Source: Bdellovibrionota bacterium (lineage in GTDB: Bacteria > Bdellovibrionota_C > UBA2361 > JBGSMV01). From it: 36,704 nt of DNA. Under the pieces are notes generated by a model, which saw only the letters and a list, made by a program, of their open reading frames with translations, searched no databases and was not told where the DNA came from. The stretch spans positions 1 through 36,704 of the forward strand of contig JBIKWF010000035.1 of NCBI GenBank assembly GCA_044356455.1. Reading direction: 5' to 3'. This document shows, piece by piece, positions 26,493 through 35,539 of this stretch (positions within the stretch are counted from its first letter, which is position 1; every line of letters starts with the position of its first letter). A program made the position numbers and the translations under genes.

Positions 26493-27635
26493 ATGGAAAA
26501 ACTGCACTTCGCGGAAGATCCTGTCGGTTCAGCATTCTATACTCAGGTGAGGAAGCAGGTTAGGGAGCTCCTTGGTGGTGAAGAGAACCACAGCGGTCCT
26601 GATCTCTGGTTCTGGCTCAAGGCGGGATTCTGGTTTCTCCTCTGTTGGGGCTCATATTGTGCCATTATTTTAGGCACCGTTAGTAGTTGGTTGATAGTTC
26701 CTGTAGCAGCAGTGGTGAGTCTTTCCGGGCTTTTGTTCGGATTTAGCGTTGGGCATGATGCTGCACATCGAGTGCTCGCAAAGAGCTTGGCCGTAAACCG
26801 CCTAATACACTTCGTAAGCTTTCTGACAGTCGGGCTCGATCCGCTTCTTTGGGGACTCCGGCACCTCCGGTCCCATCACATGTATCCTAATGTCGAAGGT
26901 AGCGACATCGATATCGACAAAAATCCCCTCCTACGGCTAAGCCCCGCGCATCCCTGGAAACCAAAGCACCAATTCCAACATCTGTATGCTCCGCTTGCGT
27001 ATGCCGTGGCGCTCGCGCATTCAGTTTTCTGGGGAGACTGGATCTATTTACTCTCGAAGGACTATGCCTGGATGCGCCGCGGAGTATCCTCGTTGTATCT
27101 CTACGCCAGTTTTTTCGGATTCAAAGCCGTTCATTTTTTTCTGATGATCGTGATTCCGTACCTCATGCTCGATTATTCTCTCGCAACAATTATCTTGTGT
27201 TACCTTGGTGTGGGTGCTCTCGCTTCACTAGCCTTTATTGTCATGCTCGTGGGAACTCACTTCTTTGCCGAAGCCGATTATCCTGCTCCTGATGACAGAG
27301 GGGTGCTTCACACCTGCTGGGCAGTCCATAATTTGCGCACGAGCTGTGATTGGAATCCTGAGAGTGGTTTTGCGAGATTTCTGAGCGGAGGGGCAAACTG
27401 TCATGCTGCACACCACCTCTTCCCCACTATCTGCCATACCCATTATGGAAAGCTAAACCGGATTATACTAGCAGCGAGTGCAGAATATTCGATTACCTAT
27501 CATAGAAAAACACTGTGGCAGATGGCGATTTCGCATTTTGATCACTTAAAGTCGATGGGGCGCCGCCCGCAGCAAGGAAACGATTCTCAAAATCGCAGAC
27601 TCTCTCCGGGTTCCGCGAGCACAGGCCCCACCTAA
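26493..27635 (+). CDS. Membrane fatty acid desaturase (linoleoyl-CoA desaturase-like)
   Basis: His boxes GHDAAH, RHLRSHH, HAAHHLFP; YPNVEGSDIDI. Confidence 0.92.
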   Translation: MEKLHFAEDPVGSAFYTQVRKQVRELLGGEENHSGPDLWFWLKAGFWFLLCWGSYCAIILGTVSSWLIVPVAAVVSLSGLLFGFSVGHDAAHRVLAKSLAVNRLIHFVSFLTVGLDPLLWGLRHLRSHHMYPNVEGSDIDIDKNPLLRLSPAHPWKPKHQFQHLYAPLAYAVALAHSVFWGDWIYLLSKDYAWMRRGVSSLYLYASFFGFKAVHFFLMIVIPYLMLDYSLATIILCYLGVGALASLAFIVMLVGTHFFAEADYPAPDDRGVLHTCWAVHNLRTSCDWNPESGFARFLSGGANCHAAHHLFPTICHTHYGKLNRIILAASAEYSITYHRKTLWQMAISHFDHLKSMGRRPQQGNDSQNRRLSPGSASTGPT

Positions 27636-27939
27636 GATCTCCCATCCTCCAGAACAAGAATTTTTCGACGTTCGCACTTGTGGCGACTTCATCTAAACGA
27701 TGGCGGCGCCTCTCCTGCGTCCGCGGCTAGCAGCAGATGCTAAAAACGACACCTTACCAGCTCGCAATCGCCTCCTGCCAACTCCTTCAGCTAAAAATAC
27801 TGTTTGGCTGAAGCTTCCTTACACAATCCTGTAAAGAATCCAGGGCCGCAAAATGCCCATACTTCAAACTCGCTAAACCAAATTTCCAGGACGTCGGCCT
27901 GACTCACTGAGGTAATTCGACATGATTGAGTTGCCTATT

Positions 27940-28010
27940 CTCGCGTACTCAGCGCCCTCCGCAATAATTGAAACACATCGTTTAGCGCCGAGGACGCAGG
28001 GTACGCGGAG
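27940..28010. repeat. Degenerate REP-like hairpin of the 9-nt periodic family
   Basis: CTCGCGTACTCAGCGCCCTCCGC ... GCCGAGGACGCAGGGTACGCGGAG. Confidence 0.55.
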
Positions 28011-28126
28011 GAAAAGCACCTCAGAGGAAAGTCAATTTCTGGGTTTCAGGAGTTCCGTAACTGCACATCTTTGCACTCCCGAGACCTCTTGAAGTATCAA
28101 TCGCTGTGAACGCCGTTTAAGGCACA

Positions 28127-29455
28127 TTAAAAGCGCAGCAGATCGAGCGCTAATCGAGTTTGTTGATTGGCTTGGGCAAGTACCGAAGTTGCTACCGATT
28201 GGCGAATTTGGCTCGCGACAAGAATGGCGGAGTCCGAGGCTACATCGGTGTCGCGGATGCGGGATTCCGCCGCCTTAGTATTCTCACCTGAAGCTCTAGC
28301 CACCTCAAGCGCCGCCGTTAAGCGACTCTGGTTAGCCCCGATATTTCCCTGGAATAGAGAAAGTTGGTCGAGTCGGTTACGCAGAACCTCCAAGGCCACT
28401 CGGCTACGACTCACACTCTCCACACCAGTAAACTCGATACTGGTTATGCCATCGGTGCTTGTGCGGTTGGTTGATCCGACCGGTGATGGGGCACTCGCGG
28501 GAGAAAGAAACCGGAGGCCACGCAAATCTACCGACAGCGCACCAGTAGCAGTTCCGTTGGAGAAGTTTAGAGTCGCTGAAAGGTATCCAGTGCCACTCGC
28601 TATGCCAGTGGCCGAGTTAACTGATACCTCTGTTATTGACATCGAATACCAGCTGTCGGGATTGCTGCTCAAATACTGCTCAAAGGCGTGCTCATAGCCA
28701 GGGTCTCCAATATCTTCACGCCTTTGAAACACCACTGCCTGGTACCTTCCATTCGAATACTGGTAGTTAAATGCTAGCACGATTTCGCGATCCACTCCTG
28801 TGCTGTCCCTAACAGTCAGGTTAACGGCCCTGTTCTGCACCGCATCCATCAATGTATCGAACGATTCATACTCCGCGCCAGGTAAGGTCACGTTAGATGA
28901 CCCCATCGTCATGGATTCGGCAATTACGCCGCTCAGGGTTCCCGTGTCGGCAAGTGAGATCCCAAGCCGAGACGCAGCCCCGCCATCGATCCCAAGCTGC
29001 AAGAGGAGTGATGCTGGACTACTGCTTCCTCTGCCCCCAAGCATGAGACTGCGACCATTAAAGAACGTGGAGTCGCCGAGGCGACCGAATTCTTGCATCA
29101 GCTGCCGGTACTCAGCACTCAGGGTATCACGCTGAGCGCTCGAAAAGGTTCCATTCGCTGACTGCTCGGCCAGCTCAATCATGCGCTGCACCAAAGATTT
29201 CTGATTACTCAGAGTGTCGGAGACTATGCTAAGCACTGACACCCCGTCATTGATGTTACGAAGAGCCGTATCGTAAAGACGGCCCTTATTGCGTAGCTGG
29301 TCGGCAACAGAGAGCCCGGCAGCATCATCAGAGGCGGTAGTAATACGAGAACCCGAAGCAAGGCGATTGAGCGCACGCGATAGCGCTGTGCTGGCTTGAT
29401 TCAAGCCACGCTGGGTTTGCAGAGCGCTGATGTTAGATCCAATCGTCAATGGCAT
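28127..29455 (-). CDS. fliC: Flagellin (stand-alone)
   Basis: N-terminal RLASGSRITTASDDAAGL, RNINDGVS, ELAEQSANGT; C-terminal IGANQSRL, AAESRIRDTDVA, VLAQANQ. Confidence 0.95.
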   Translation of the reverse strand: MPLTIGSNISALQTQRGLNQASTALSRALNRLASGSRITTASDDAAGLSVADQLRNKGRLYDTALRNINDGVSVLSIVSDTLSNQKSLVQRMIELAEQSANGTFSSAQRDTLSAEYRQLMQEFGRLGDSTFFNGRSLMLGGRGSSSPASLLLQLGIDGGAASRLGISLADTGTLSGVIAESMTMGSSNVTLPGAEYESFDTLMDAVQNRAVNLTVRDSTGVDREIVLAFNYQYSNGRYQAVVFQRREDIGDPGYEHAFEQYLSSNPDSWYSMSITEVSVNSATGIASGTGYLSATLNFSNGTATGALSVDLRGLRFLSPASAPSPVGSTNRTSTDGITSIEFTGVESVSRSRVALEVLRNRLDQLSLFQGNIGANQSRLTAALEVARASGENTKAAESRIRDTDVASDSAILVASQIRQSVATSVLAQANQQTRLALDLLRF

Positions 29456-29508
29456 AGCGGCGTCCAGTGCCTGGCCTTACGCAGGGCAATCCTAACCCTA
29501 CCTTTAAA

Positions 29509-29535
29509 AAGTCGTATTTTCCGCGAGTTGGCTTA
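29509..29535 (-). promoter_or_regulatory. Weak sigma28-like promoter for flagellin
   Basis: TAAG-N15-TACGACTT about 55 nt upstream of the ATG; only a partial -10 match. Confidence 0.3.
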
Positions 29536-29989
29536 AGATTCGGCGCCTAATGAGCAGTACTCTTGGCGACATCTGGGGCCTACAGCCTCAGCTATGAGAG
29601 GGAACGAGGAGTAGCTAGAATGCGTACGCACCTCTCCTAGGGGGCTTGAGGGGCCCTGTCTGTCACCAGGCGCGATCTGACTCACCAAGGCTTCCTCCGA
29701 GCCGCACCAGGAGCGCCGCCGGGCCTCTTCTAATAGAATCCCCCCCCCCCCATCATTTCCTCTGAGACACTGCGCCGCGTAACCCCATGAGTTTACTAAG
29801 ATCGGGGCCGCTCATTAGCCCGCTTTGCTCAAAAAAAACGCAAAGAAGCATCTTTCGCGGATCTTTAATCGCGATTCTTTGTCTCTTTTAGAGACCTTTA
29901 AGGAGCGAAAGAGTACGCAAAGCGTAGCTATCATTGGCGTACCGATGCTCTCTAAGTGCGCAAAACTGCCTATGGTTGCATCACGACAT

Positions 29990-30423
29990 CAATCAGCCCA
30001 GCAAGTGAGCCTTAGCGATGTCACAGAGAGAACGATTTGGGGGGAGCATCCGCTGGCTCAATTTGTCCTCTTCCGTATTTCTAACTTTGGTGCGGTTTCT
30101 AAACAACTTTTCTGCCGATTTGTCGATTAGGGTTACAAGGGTTAGGTCGCGGAGACACGGAGACCGCGGAGTGTTCGCCTGCAAATTTGTAACTTTCTGG
30201 GGGTTACCAGGATTTTGTTTACGAATGTTCAGGATAACTAGCAATTATGCTAACGCACAGAGCTGAGCAAAATCTCGATTCTATCTCCCCTCCGCGGTCT
30301 CCGTGTCTCCGCGCTAATCCCTTCTTAACCCCAACTACAGAGTTTCCTCGAACATTCTAGTAGGGAGAGAACAATCAGCCCAGCAAGTAAGCGTTTGCAA
30401 AGTCTCAGAGGGAACGATTTGGG
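29990..30423. repeat. 52-bp imperfect direct repeat pair (29990-30041, 30372-30423) bracketing an inverted-repeat element
   Basis: CAATCAGCCCAGCAAGTGAGCCTTAGCGATGTCACAGAGAGAACGATTTGGG versus CAATCAGCCCAGCAAGTAAGCGTTTGCAAAGTCTCAGAGGGAACGATTTGGG (45/52). Confidence 0.85.
30148..30313. repeat. Perfect 24-bp inverted repeat pair with 9-nt periodic arms and a 118-bp spacer (REPIN-like)
   Basis: CGCGGAGACACGGAGACCGCGGAG (30148-30171) and CTCCGCGGTCTCCGTGTCTCCGCG (30290-30313), with imperfect outer extensions. Confidence 0.85.
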
Positions 30424-30508
30424 ATTAAATTAATTCACGTTGGATTTGCACGTATACCCTTGGCTCTTAAGCAGTTGGGTGTTCCAAAGCTGAAGCTCCT
30501 TCGGCACG

Positions 30509-32197
30509 TCACGCCACTTCGCCCCCTGCGCTGCTCCAAGTCTTGTACGCCCCTGTAAGATTTCGACAGGGAATCCCGTTCTGCTCAAGAATGCGGCAGG
30601 CATTATAGGAACGCTGACCAGATTGGCAGAAAACAAGAATTTCCTTTCCTCGCGGTACCTCACTCAGGCGACTACGTAGATCGCCCAAGGGTATATGCAG
30701 CGAGCCTGGAATAGTGCCTCGCTCCACCTCTTTTATCTCCCGCACATCAAGAAGGACATGCGATTCCCGAAGCTTCGACACCTCAGACCACTGCGCCACG
30801 CGCACCAACCCGTCCAACACATTCTGCGCAGCCATCCCCGCCATATTTACCGGATCTTTGGCTGAACCAAAGGGAGGGGCATAGGCAAGCTCGAGCTCAG
30901 CAAGGTCATCCACCGTCATCTTGGCCTGCAGCGCAGTAGAGAGTACATCAATGCGCTTATCGACCCCTTCTTTGCCGACCACCTGAGCCCCAAGAACTCT
31001 GCGGTCGATGGGAGAAAAGAGAAGTTTCATCGCCAGCGACTCGGCGCCAGGGAAATAACCCGCGTGCTGGTTCGGGTGCAGAAAAATTCGCTCGAACAGA
31101 ACGCCTTCCTTTAGAAGCTGCTTCTCATTCTCCCCGGTGCAGGCGGCAGTACGCTCAAAGAGCCTGAGTATCGCCGTGCCCCAGGTACCGCGATACTTTC
31201 GCTTAAATCCACCAAGCATATTGTCGGCAGCCATCCTCCCTTGCCTATTGGCAGGACCGGCTAACGGCACCATGGCAGCTACGCCAAGAGGCTGTTGGCG
31301 AACTTCAATGACATCGCCGATGGCCCAAATCGATGGGTCACTTGTTTGCAAAAATTCATTTACCTGTATCGAGCCCCGCGGCCCCACCTCTAGCCCTGCC
31401 TCTTTTGCGAGCGTCGACTCGGGACGTACCCCTATCGCAACAAGAATGAGGTCTGACTCAATGCGCTTTCCTGACTTCGTAACAACGGTCGGAGCCTGTG
31501 AGGCGTTCGAACCTAGAACAAACTCAGTAACTGAATCGCCAAGATGCAAAGAGACACCTTTGCTACGAAGCTCCTCATGGAGCAAAGCGGCCATCTCGGG
31601 GTCAAGTGGCGTCATGACCTGCGGCAGCGCCTCGATGAGAGTCGTCACAAGCCCGCGGCGGTGCAGTTGCTCTAACATCTCAAGGCCGACATACCCACCT
31701 CCTACCACCACTGCGCGCGTCGCGTTATGACGCGCAATCCAATCGATAATAAGGTCGGTATCGGGTACATCGCGTAGCGTGAAGATACCGGGTCCCGAAA
31801 TTCCGGGAATTGGCGGCCGAAGAGGCGAGGCGCCGGTCGCAAGGACAACCTCGTCATAAGACTCCATGTACTCACGGCCCTGCGCGAGGTCACGAACGAC
31901 TACTGTTTTGCTGGCACGATCGATTCTTAAAACTTCGCTGCGCACTCGAACATCGAGGTTAAATCGGCGACCAAGCGATTCAGGTGTATGCAGGAGGAGC
32001 TTTGCTCGATCGGCGATTTCTCCCCCCACATGGTAAGGCAACCCACAGTTAGCAAAGGACACGTAGGGACCTTTTTCGAAAACAACAATCCGAGCTTCCT
32101 CACTTAAGCGCCGAGCGCGCGCGGCGAAACTTGCTCCACCCGCAACCCCACCTATCACGAGAATTTTCTTCCCCTGTTCTTGCCTTTCCGTTTTCAT
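30509..32197 (-). CDS. CoA-disulfide/persulfide reductase with C-terminal rhodanese domain (CoADR-RHD/Npsr-like)
   Basis: IGGVAGGAS, VSFANCGLPY, VVGGGYVGLE, WAIGD, ELAYAPPFGSAKDPVN, rhodanese LLDVRE...FCQSGQRS. Confidence 0.93.
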   Translation of the reverse strand: MKTERQEQGKKILVIGGVAGGASFAARARRLSEEARIVVFEKGPYVSFANCGLPYHVGGEIADRAKLLLHTPESLGRRFNLDVRVRSEVLRIDRASKTVVVRDLAQGREYMESYDEVVLATGASPLRPPIPGISGPGIFTLRDVPDTDLIIDWIARHNATRAVVVGGGYVGLEMLEQLHRRGLVTTLIEALPQVMTPLDPEMAALLHEELRSKGVSLHLGDSVTEFVLGSNASQAPTVVTKSGKRIESDLILVAIGVRPESTLAKEAGLEVGPRGSIQVNEFLQTSDPSIWAIGDVIEVRQQPLGVAAMVPLAGPANRQGRMAADNMLGGFKRKYRGTWGTAILRLFERTAACTGENEKQLLKEGVLFERIFLHPNQHAGYFPGAESLAMKLLFSPIDRRVLGAQVVGKEGVDKRIDVLSTALQAKMTVDDLAELELAYAPPFGSAKDPVNMAGMAAQNVLDGLVRVAQWSEVSKLRESHVLLDVREIKEVERGTIPGSLHIPLGDLRSRLSEVPRGKEILVFCQSGQRSYNACRILEQNGIPCRNLTGAYKTWSSAGGEVA

Positions 32198-32217
32198 AAG
32201 GAGCCTTTTTGTTTCAC

Positions 32218-32745
32218 TTAGCGACCACAGCGCTGATTCCAAGGCATGCGGCCAAGAGCCAAAGCCATGCCACACCAGTCAGTAACCCCAGCAAAGATCA
32301 ATCCCGCACCAACAAACGCTGACAGCAAGATGCCATAGGGGGAGACCAAGGCTCCTAGGAGCACTCCAAGAAGCACCAACGATCCGGCCGCAATACGAAC
32401 TTGCCGCTCAAGTGATATGGTCGCCTGAGTTCCCCGCTGCACCGGAAGTTGCGCAGCATCCCAGGCCTCAGTACCGCCATCTACTGAAGAAACATTCGAA
32501 AGCCCTAACGCCAGAACCTTTTCGCAAGCCTGCTTGCTCCTTCCTCCGCGCTGACAAATGAAGAGAAATTTCTGTGCTTGGGGGGCCAAGGAACGCACGG
32601 AATCGGCCGTGAGACGATCGAGCGGTATATTGATGGCTCCAATGGCGTGCACCGCAGTAAATTCTGCGGGTGTCCGCACATCGATGAGGCACGCGCCTGC
32701 TTCGCCGAGCACCTTGGAAGCTTGGCTAACCGTGAGTAGTTCCAT
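32218..32745 (-). CDS. Rhodanese + DUF2892 membrane sulfurtransferase (YgaP-like)
   Basis: LIDVRTPAEF, ICQRGGRS, ISLERQVRIAAG, GAGLIFAGVTDWCGMALALGRMPWN. Confidence 0.93.
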   Translation of the reverse strand: MELLTVSQASKVLGEAGACLIDVRTPAEFTAVHAIGAINIPLDRLTADSVRSLAPQAQKFLFICQRGGRSKQACEKVLALGLSNVSSVDGGTEAWDAAQLPVQRGTQATISLERQVRIAAGSLVLLGVLLGALVSPYGILLSAFVGAGLIFAGVTDWCGMALALGRMPWNQRCGR

Positions 32746-32750
32746 ATCGT

Positions 32751-33047
32751 TTATCTCCTCTTTCCAAATCGTTCTTCGATGCAGCGCATAATCTTCTGAA
32801 CGTGCGGTTCAATCACCGAATAGTACACAAACCGCCCCTCTTTTCGTCTCGCCAAGAAGCCGCAGCGCTCAAGGAGCCTCAAATGCTCAGAGCAAACATT
32901 ACTCTCAATTTCGAGCTCCTCGCTCAGCTCCCCTACGGAGAGAGAGCGCTCCAAGAGCCGTTGCACCACCGCCAAACGGTGAGGATGGGCCAGGACCTTG
33001 AGGCATTCTGCAGCTTCTGAAAGGGCTTCTATTGGCAAGAACTTCAT
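32751..33047 (-). CDS. ArsR/SmtB-family transcriptional repressor (probable persulfide sensor)
   Basis: AAECLKVLAHPHRL, SVGELS, SEHLRLL, RRKEGRFVYY; four Cys; heads the sulfurtransferase operon. Confidence 0.92.
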   Translation of the reverse strand: MKFLPIEALSEAAECLKVLAHPHRLAVVQRLLERSLSVGELSEELEIESNVCSEHLRLLERCGFLARRKEGRFVYYSVIEPHVQKIMRCIEERFGKRR

Positions 33048-33057
33048 CGCTTCTCAC

Positions 33058-33089
33058 ATCGACATATCGCCACATTGCGATATGTCGAT
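33058..33089. promoter_or_regulatory. Perfect 13-6-13 inverted repeat, likely ArsR operator
   Basis: ATCGACATATCGC-CACATT-GCGATATGTCGAT, 10 bp upstream of the ArsR ATG. Confidence 0.75.
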
Positions 33090-33152
33090 ATTAGAATGAA
33101 ATTACGACTCACGGCAAGAGCCACCTCATAAGCTGCTCAAATCACTTTGTTT

Positions 33153-34298
33153 TTAAGACTCCGCGGCGAGGCTTATATCGTTCACGAGCTCTAGGCCAGA
33201 AACGCCCCAACGTACCACTACCGCCTCGGATCGACCAATCGACCCACGATCCGCCGGAAGACGATACGTTCCTGCTACGCCTTCCCAAATAAATGCGGCG
33301 TCTTTAGCGATCCAAGATACGCCGGCGCGCTTGGCGTGCGCGGCAAATACCAACGCATCATACCCTTCCGCAGCATACACCCTGGGCTCTTCCCCAAAAT
33401 GTGCGCTAAATCTGCGTTTAAAATCCTCATTCATCATCGCTCGAGGGTAGACGCCATAGACGCGCTCGAATCTGCGCGCATCACCAGAGAACTTTACCGC
33501 TTGATCAAGATGCTGGGTGGTAAGAATGACTGGGTTAAATCGGATACGAGCAAATTCCTGGGTGATAATTGCGAGCCCCTGATAATCACCAACCACATAA
33601 AACAGATCTGGATTCGCCTCGCGCGCTTTAAGACTCATGACTCGCAAGGAATCGAGATAGTTCGTGTCCATCGGGAAGCTTTGATCAGAAACGACTTTAA
33701 TCCCGAGCTCTTTTGCAAGGCGGCGAGTTATCTCGGCATGCAAAATCCCCCAGGGCAAGTCAGGCCACACGAGGGCGAGCGATTTCGGTTTTTGAGCAAC
33801 AAGAAAGGAGCGCATGGCGTTCTCCTCAGCTCCAAGGCTAAGCGCTGCGCTAAAAACCCATGGATTATTGGGTGCGTCGTTTCTTACGATTTCAACCGGG
33901 TTGGTTGGAAGCAGAAGGGGAATCTTACTACGCAAGGCGAGTGGATAGAGTGAGGCCGCGAGGAAATCCCAAGTCCCGCCAAGAATTGCTTGCACCCGAT
34001 CGACATTCGTAAGCTTTTGGAATGCGGCAACGGCACGCGCGGGAACCGTGGTGTCATCCTCGACTACCAAAGTAACCCTGATCCCCTCTGCTTCAAGTTC
34101 TTTGACGCCAAGTTCGGCGCCCTTAAGCCAATTGCGCCCCTGCTCGCCCGCAGGACCAGTCAGGCTAGCGATGGCGCCTATTTTTATTGTTTGATTCGTT
34201 GCCGCGCCTTTTGGGGGAGACTCCGCAAGCAGAGGGAGGGCGCCCCAGATTGCAAAGGCTAAATTTGAGAGCAGGAGAGCGAAATTGGATTTTCTCAT
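33153..34298 (-). CDS. ABC transporter substrate-binding protein, LivJ/branched-chain type (orphan)
   Basis: Signal peptide, IKIGAIASLTGPAGEQG, LVVEDD, YAAEGYDA. Start ATG 34298 preferred. Confidence 0.85.
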   Translation of the reverse strand: MRKSNFALLLSNLAFAIWGALPLLAESPPKGAATNQTIKIGAIASLTGPAGEQGRNWLKGAELGVKELEAEGIRVTLVVEDDTTVPARAVAAFQKLTNVDRVQAILGGTWDFLAASLYPLALRSKIPLLLPTNPVEIVRNDAPNNPWVFSAALSLGAEENAMRSFLVAQKPKSLALVWPDLPWGILHAEITRRLAKELGIKVVSDQSFPMDTNYLDSLRVMSLKAREANPDLFYVVGDYQGLAIITQEFARIRFNPVILTTQHLDQAVKFSGDARRFERVYGVYPRAMMNEDFKRRFSAHFGEEPRVYAAEGYDALVFAAHAKRAGVSWIAKDAAFIWEGVAGTYRLPADRGSIGRSEAVVVRWGVSGLELVNDISLAAES

Positions 34299-34534
34299 GG
34301 AAGCATTAGACTCGCGCTTGGGCACAGGGTGCAAGAAGGTAGGGCGCCCTATCCTCAGGGCGCCGAATAATCGTGCAGGCGCGATTGCATTCCATTTCGC
34401 GCAAACCTTGCCCGGCCCGAGCGTCTTACGGCGCCCTGGGGACAGGGCGCCCTACCATGCGGATTGCACTTTTATTGGGAGGGGAGGGCGAGAATCTGGG
34501 TGTCCTCTATGGGCTATGAACTAAAAAAAGGCCC

Positions 34535-34562
34535 TAAAGTTCCCCTCCTCGAATGCCGATAG
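34535..34562 (+). promoter_or_regulatory. sigma28 (FliA) promoter
   Basis: TAAAGTT...GCCGATAG, with 16 nt between TAAA and GCCGAT. Confidence 0.7.
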
Positions 34563-34569
34563 ACGCTTA

Positions 34570-34797
34570 ATGGCGGACTCAATCAGTGGCATTGGCCTTA
34601 AAGGCGTTTTAAGCGGGCTAGAGCGTGCTTCCAAAGCTGCATCGGAGGCCTCCACCGCACTTTCTCCTAATGGTTCTGGAGACTTAGTCACACCACTCGT
34701 GGATCTCAAGCAGGCAGAACTCCAAACCAAGGCCTCTGCCCAGATAATAAAGACCGGTGACGAGCTTACCCAAAGCGTTCTTGATATCCTCGCTTAA
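34570..34797 (+). CDS. Small flagellar rod/hook-like protein (Flg_bbr_C-type C-terminus)
   Basis: DLVTPLVDLKQAELQTKASAQIIKTGDELTQSVLDILA resembles rod/hook C-terminal helices; sigma28 promoter upstream. Confidence 0.75.
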   Translation: MADSISGIGLKGVLSGLERASKAASEASTALSPNGSGDLVTPLVDLKQAELQTKASAQIIKTGDELTQSVLDILA

Positions 34798-34903
34798 GCA
34801 CTTTTCCTAGGTTTCAACTCATAACTCATTGTAAGCCAAGGTTCTTATTGAATCAGGCTCATTTTTTGCTCATCTAACGTTAGGGTGCTTGCAGTCCTCG
34901 TAG

Positions 34904-35539
34904 TTGAAAAAAGAATTTTACAGTCCCCAAAGGCTTCGGCTTATGTGCTCGGCTCGCAAAGTAAAATCGGCTCTTAGCAGAGAGGCAGGTGTCTCTCTGA
35001 CCGAGCTAGTTGTTGCGATCCCCGTCGTTATGTTGATGGTCGGCACACTTGTGGATTTTGGACTCGCCACCCAGAGAGGCGCAGAAATCGCTGAAGTTGC
35101 GAAACAAGCTGCTCGCACGGCTGCAATTGTTTCCTTTAGCGATGATGCCCCTTCTGCTGCGACTCGGTATGTGTGCCTCCCTGAGGGTAGCACACAAAAA
35201 TGCGAGGATCTGGAGGAGGGCTGGAAAGAGATTCAAATACAGGCTGACGGCGCTCTTGCTGACGACTGCGCGATCGAGACACGGCCAAGTCTTGATTGCC
35301 TTGCAGCCAAAGAAGCCCACGGGGCTCTTGACGCTTCAGGGCTTGGTTCCAAGGACTGGATTGTACGCGCCAGAACCTGTGACTATGACGTCAACGCCTC
35401 GCCATATCTCGGAGTCCAGGTCGAAATTGAGCGCAGCCCACTCGCAAAATCTTGCTTTCTTTGTATTGGCCAACATTTCGCTGCAAGCTTTACAAAAGCA
35501 CGGTCTCTTTTTGCGGTGGAGGGCGATTGCGACACATAA
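34904..35539 (+). CDS. TadE-like pseudopilin
   Basis: Prepilin site EAG/VSLTE, hydrophobic helix, VDFG, AKQAARTAA. Start could be ATG 34943. Confidence 0.75.
   Translation: MKKEFYSPQRLRLMCSARKVKSALSREAGVSLTELVVAIPVVMLMVGTLVDFGLATQRGAEIAEVAKQAARTAAIVSFSDDAPSAATRYVCLPEGSTQKCEDLEEGWKEIQIQADGALADDCAIETRPSLDCLAAKEAHGALDASGLGSKDWIVRARTCDYDVNASPYLGVQVEIERSPLAKSCFLCIGQHFAASFTKARSLFAVEGDCDT

Noticed and set aside
27640..27925. Possible GxxExxY pseudogene (minus frame FEVWAFCGPGFFTGLCKEA) beside a REP-like hairpin
   Set aside because: Only a GPGF-like fragment matches, the E and Y of the motif are absent and stops interrupt the frame; too weak without a tBLASTn hit.
29478..29500. CGCAGGGCAATCC resembling the start of a c-di-GMP-I riboswitch near the flagellin
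   Set aside because: Wrong strand for the flagellin leader, and the downstream GNRA stem and GCAAAG elements are missing.
29825..30266. Short ORFs of 82-101 aa in the flagellin-upstream gap
   Set aside because: They overlap each other and the repeat elements, have no convincing RBS and show no recognisable domains.
4120..30332. Recurrent palindromic repeats as a CRISPR array
   Set aside because: Copies are dispersed and inverted, with no regular repeat-spacer periodicity and no cas genes.
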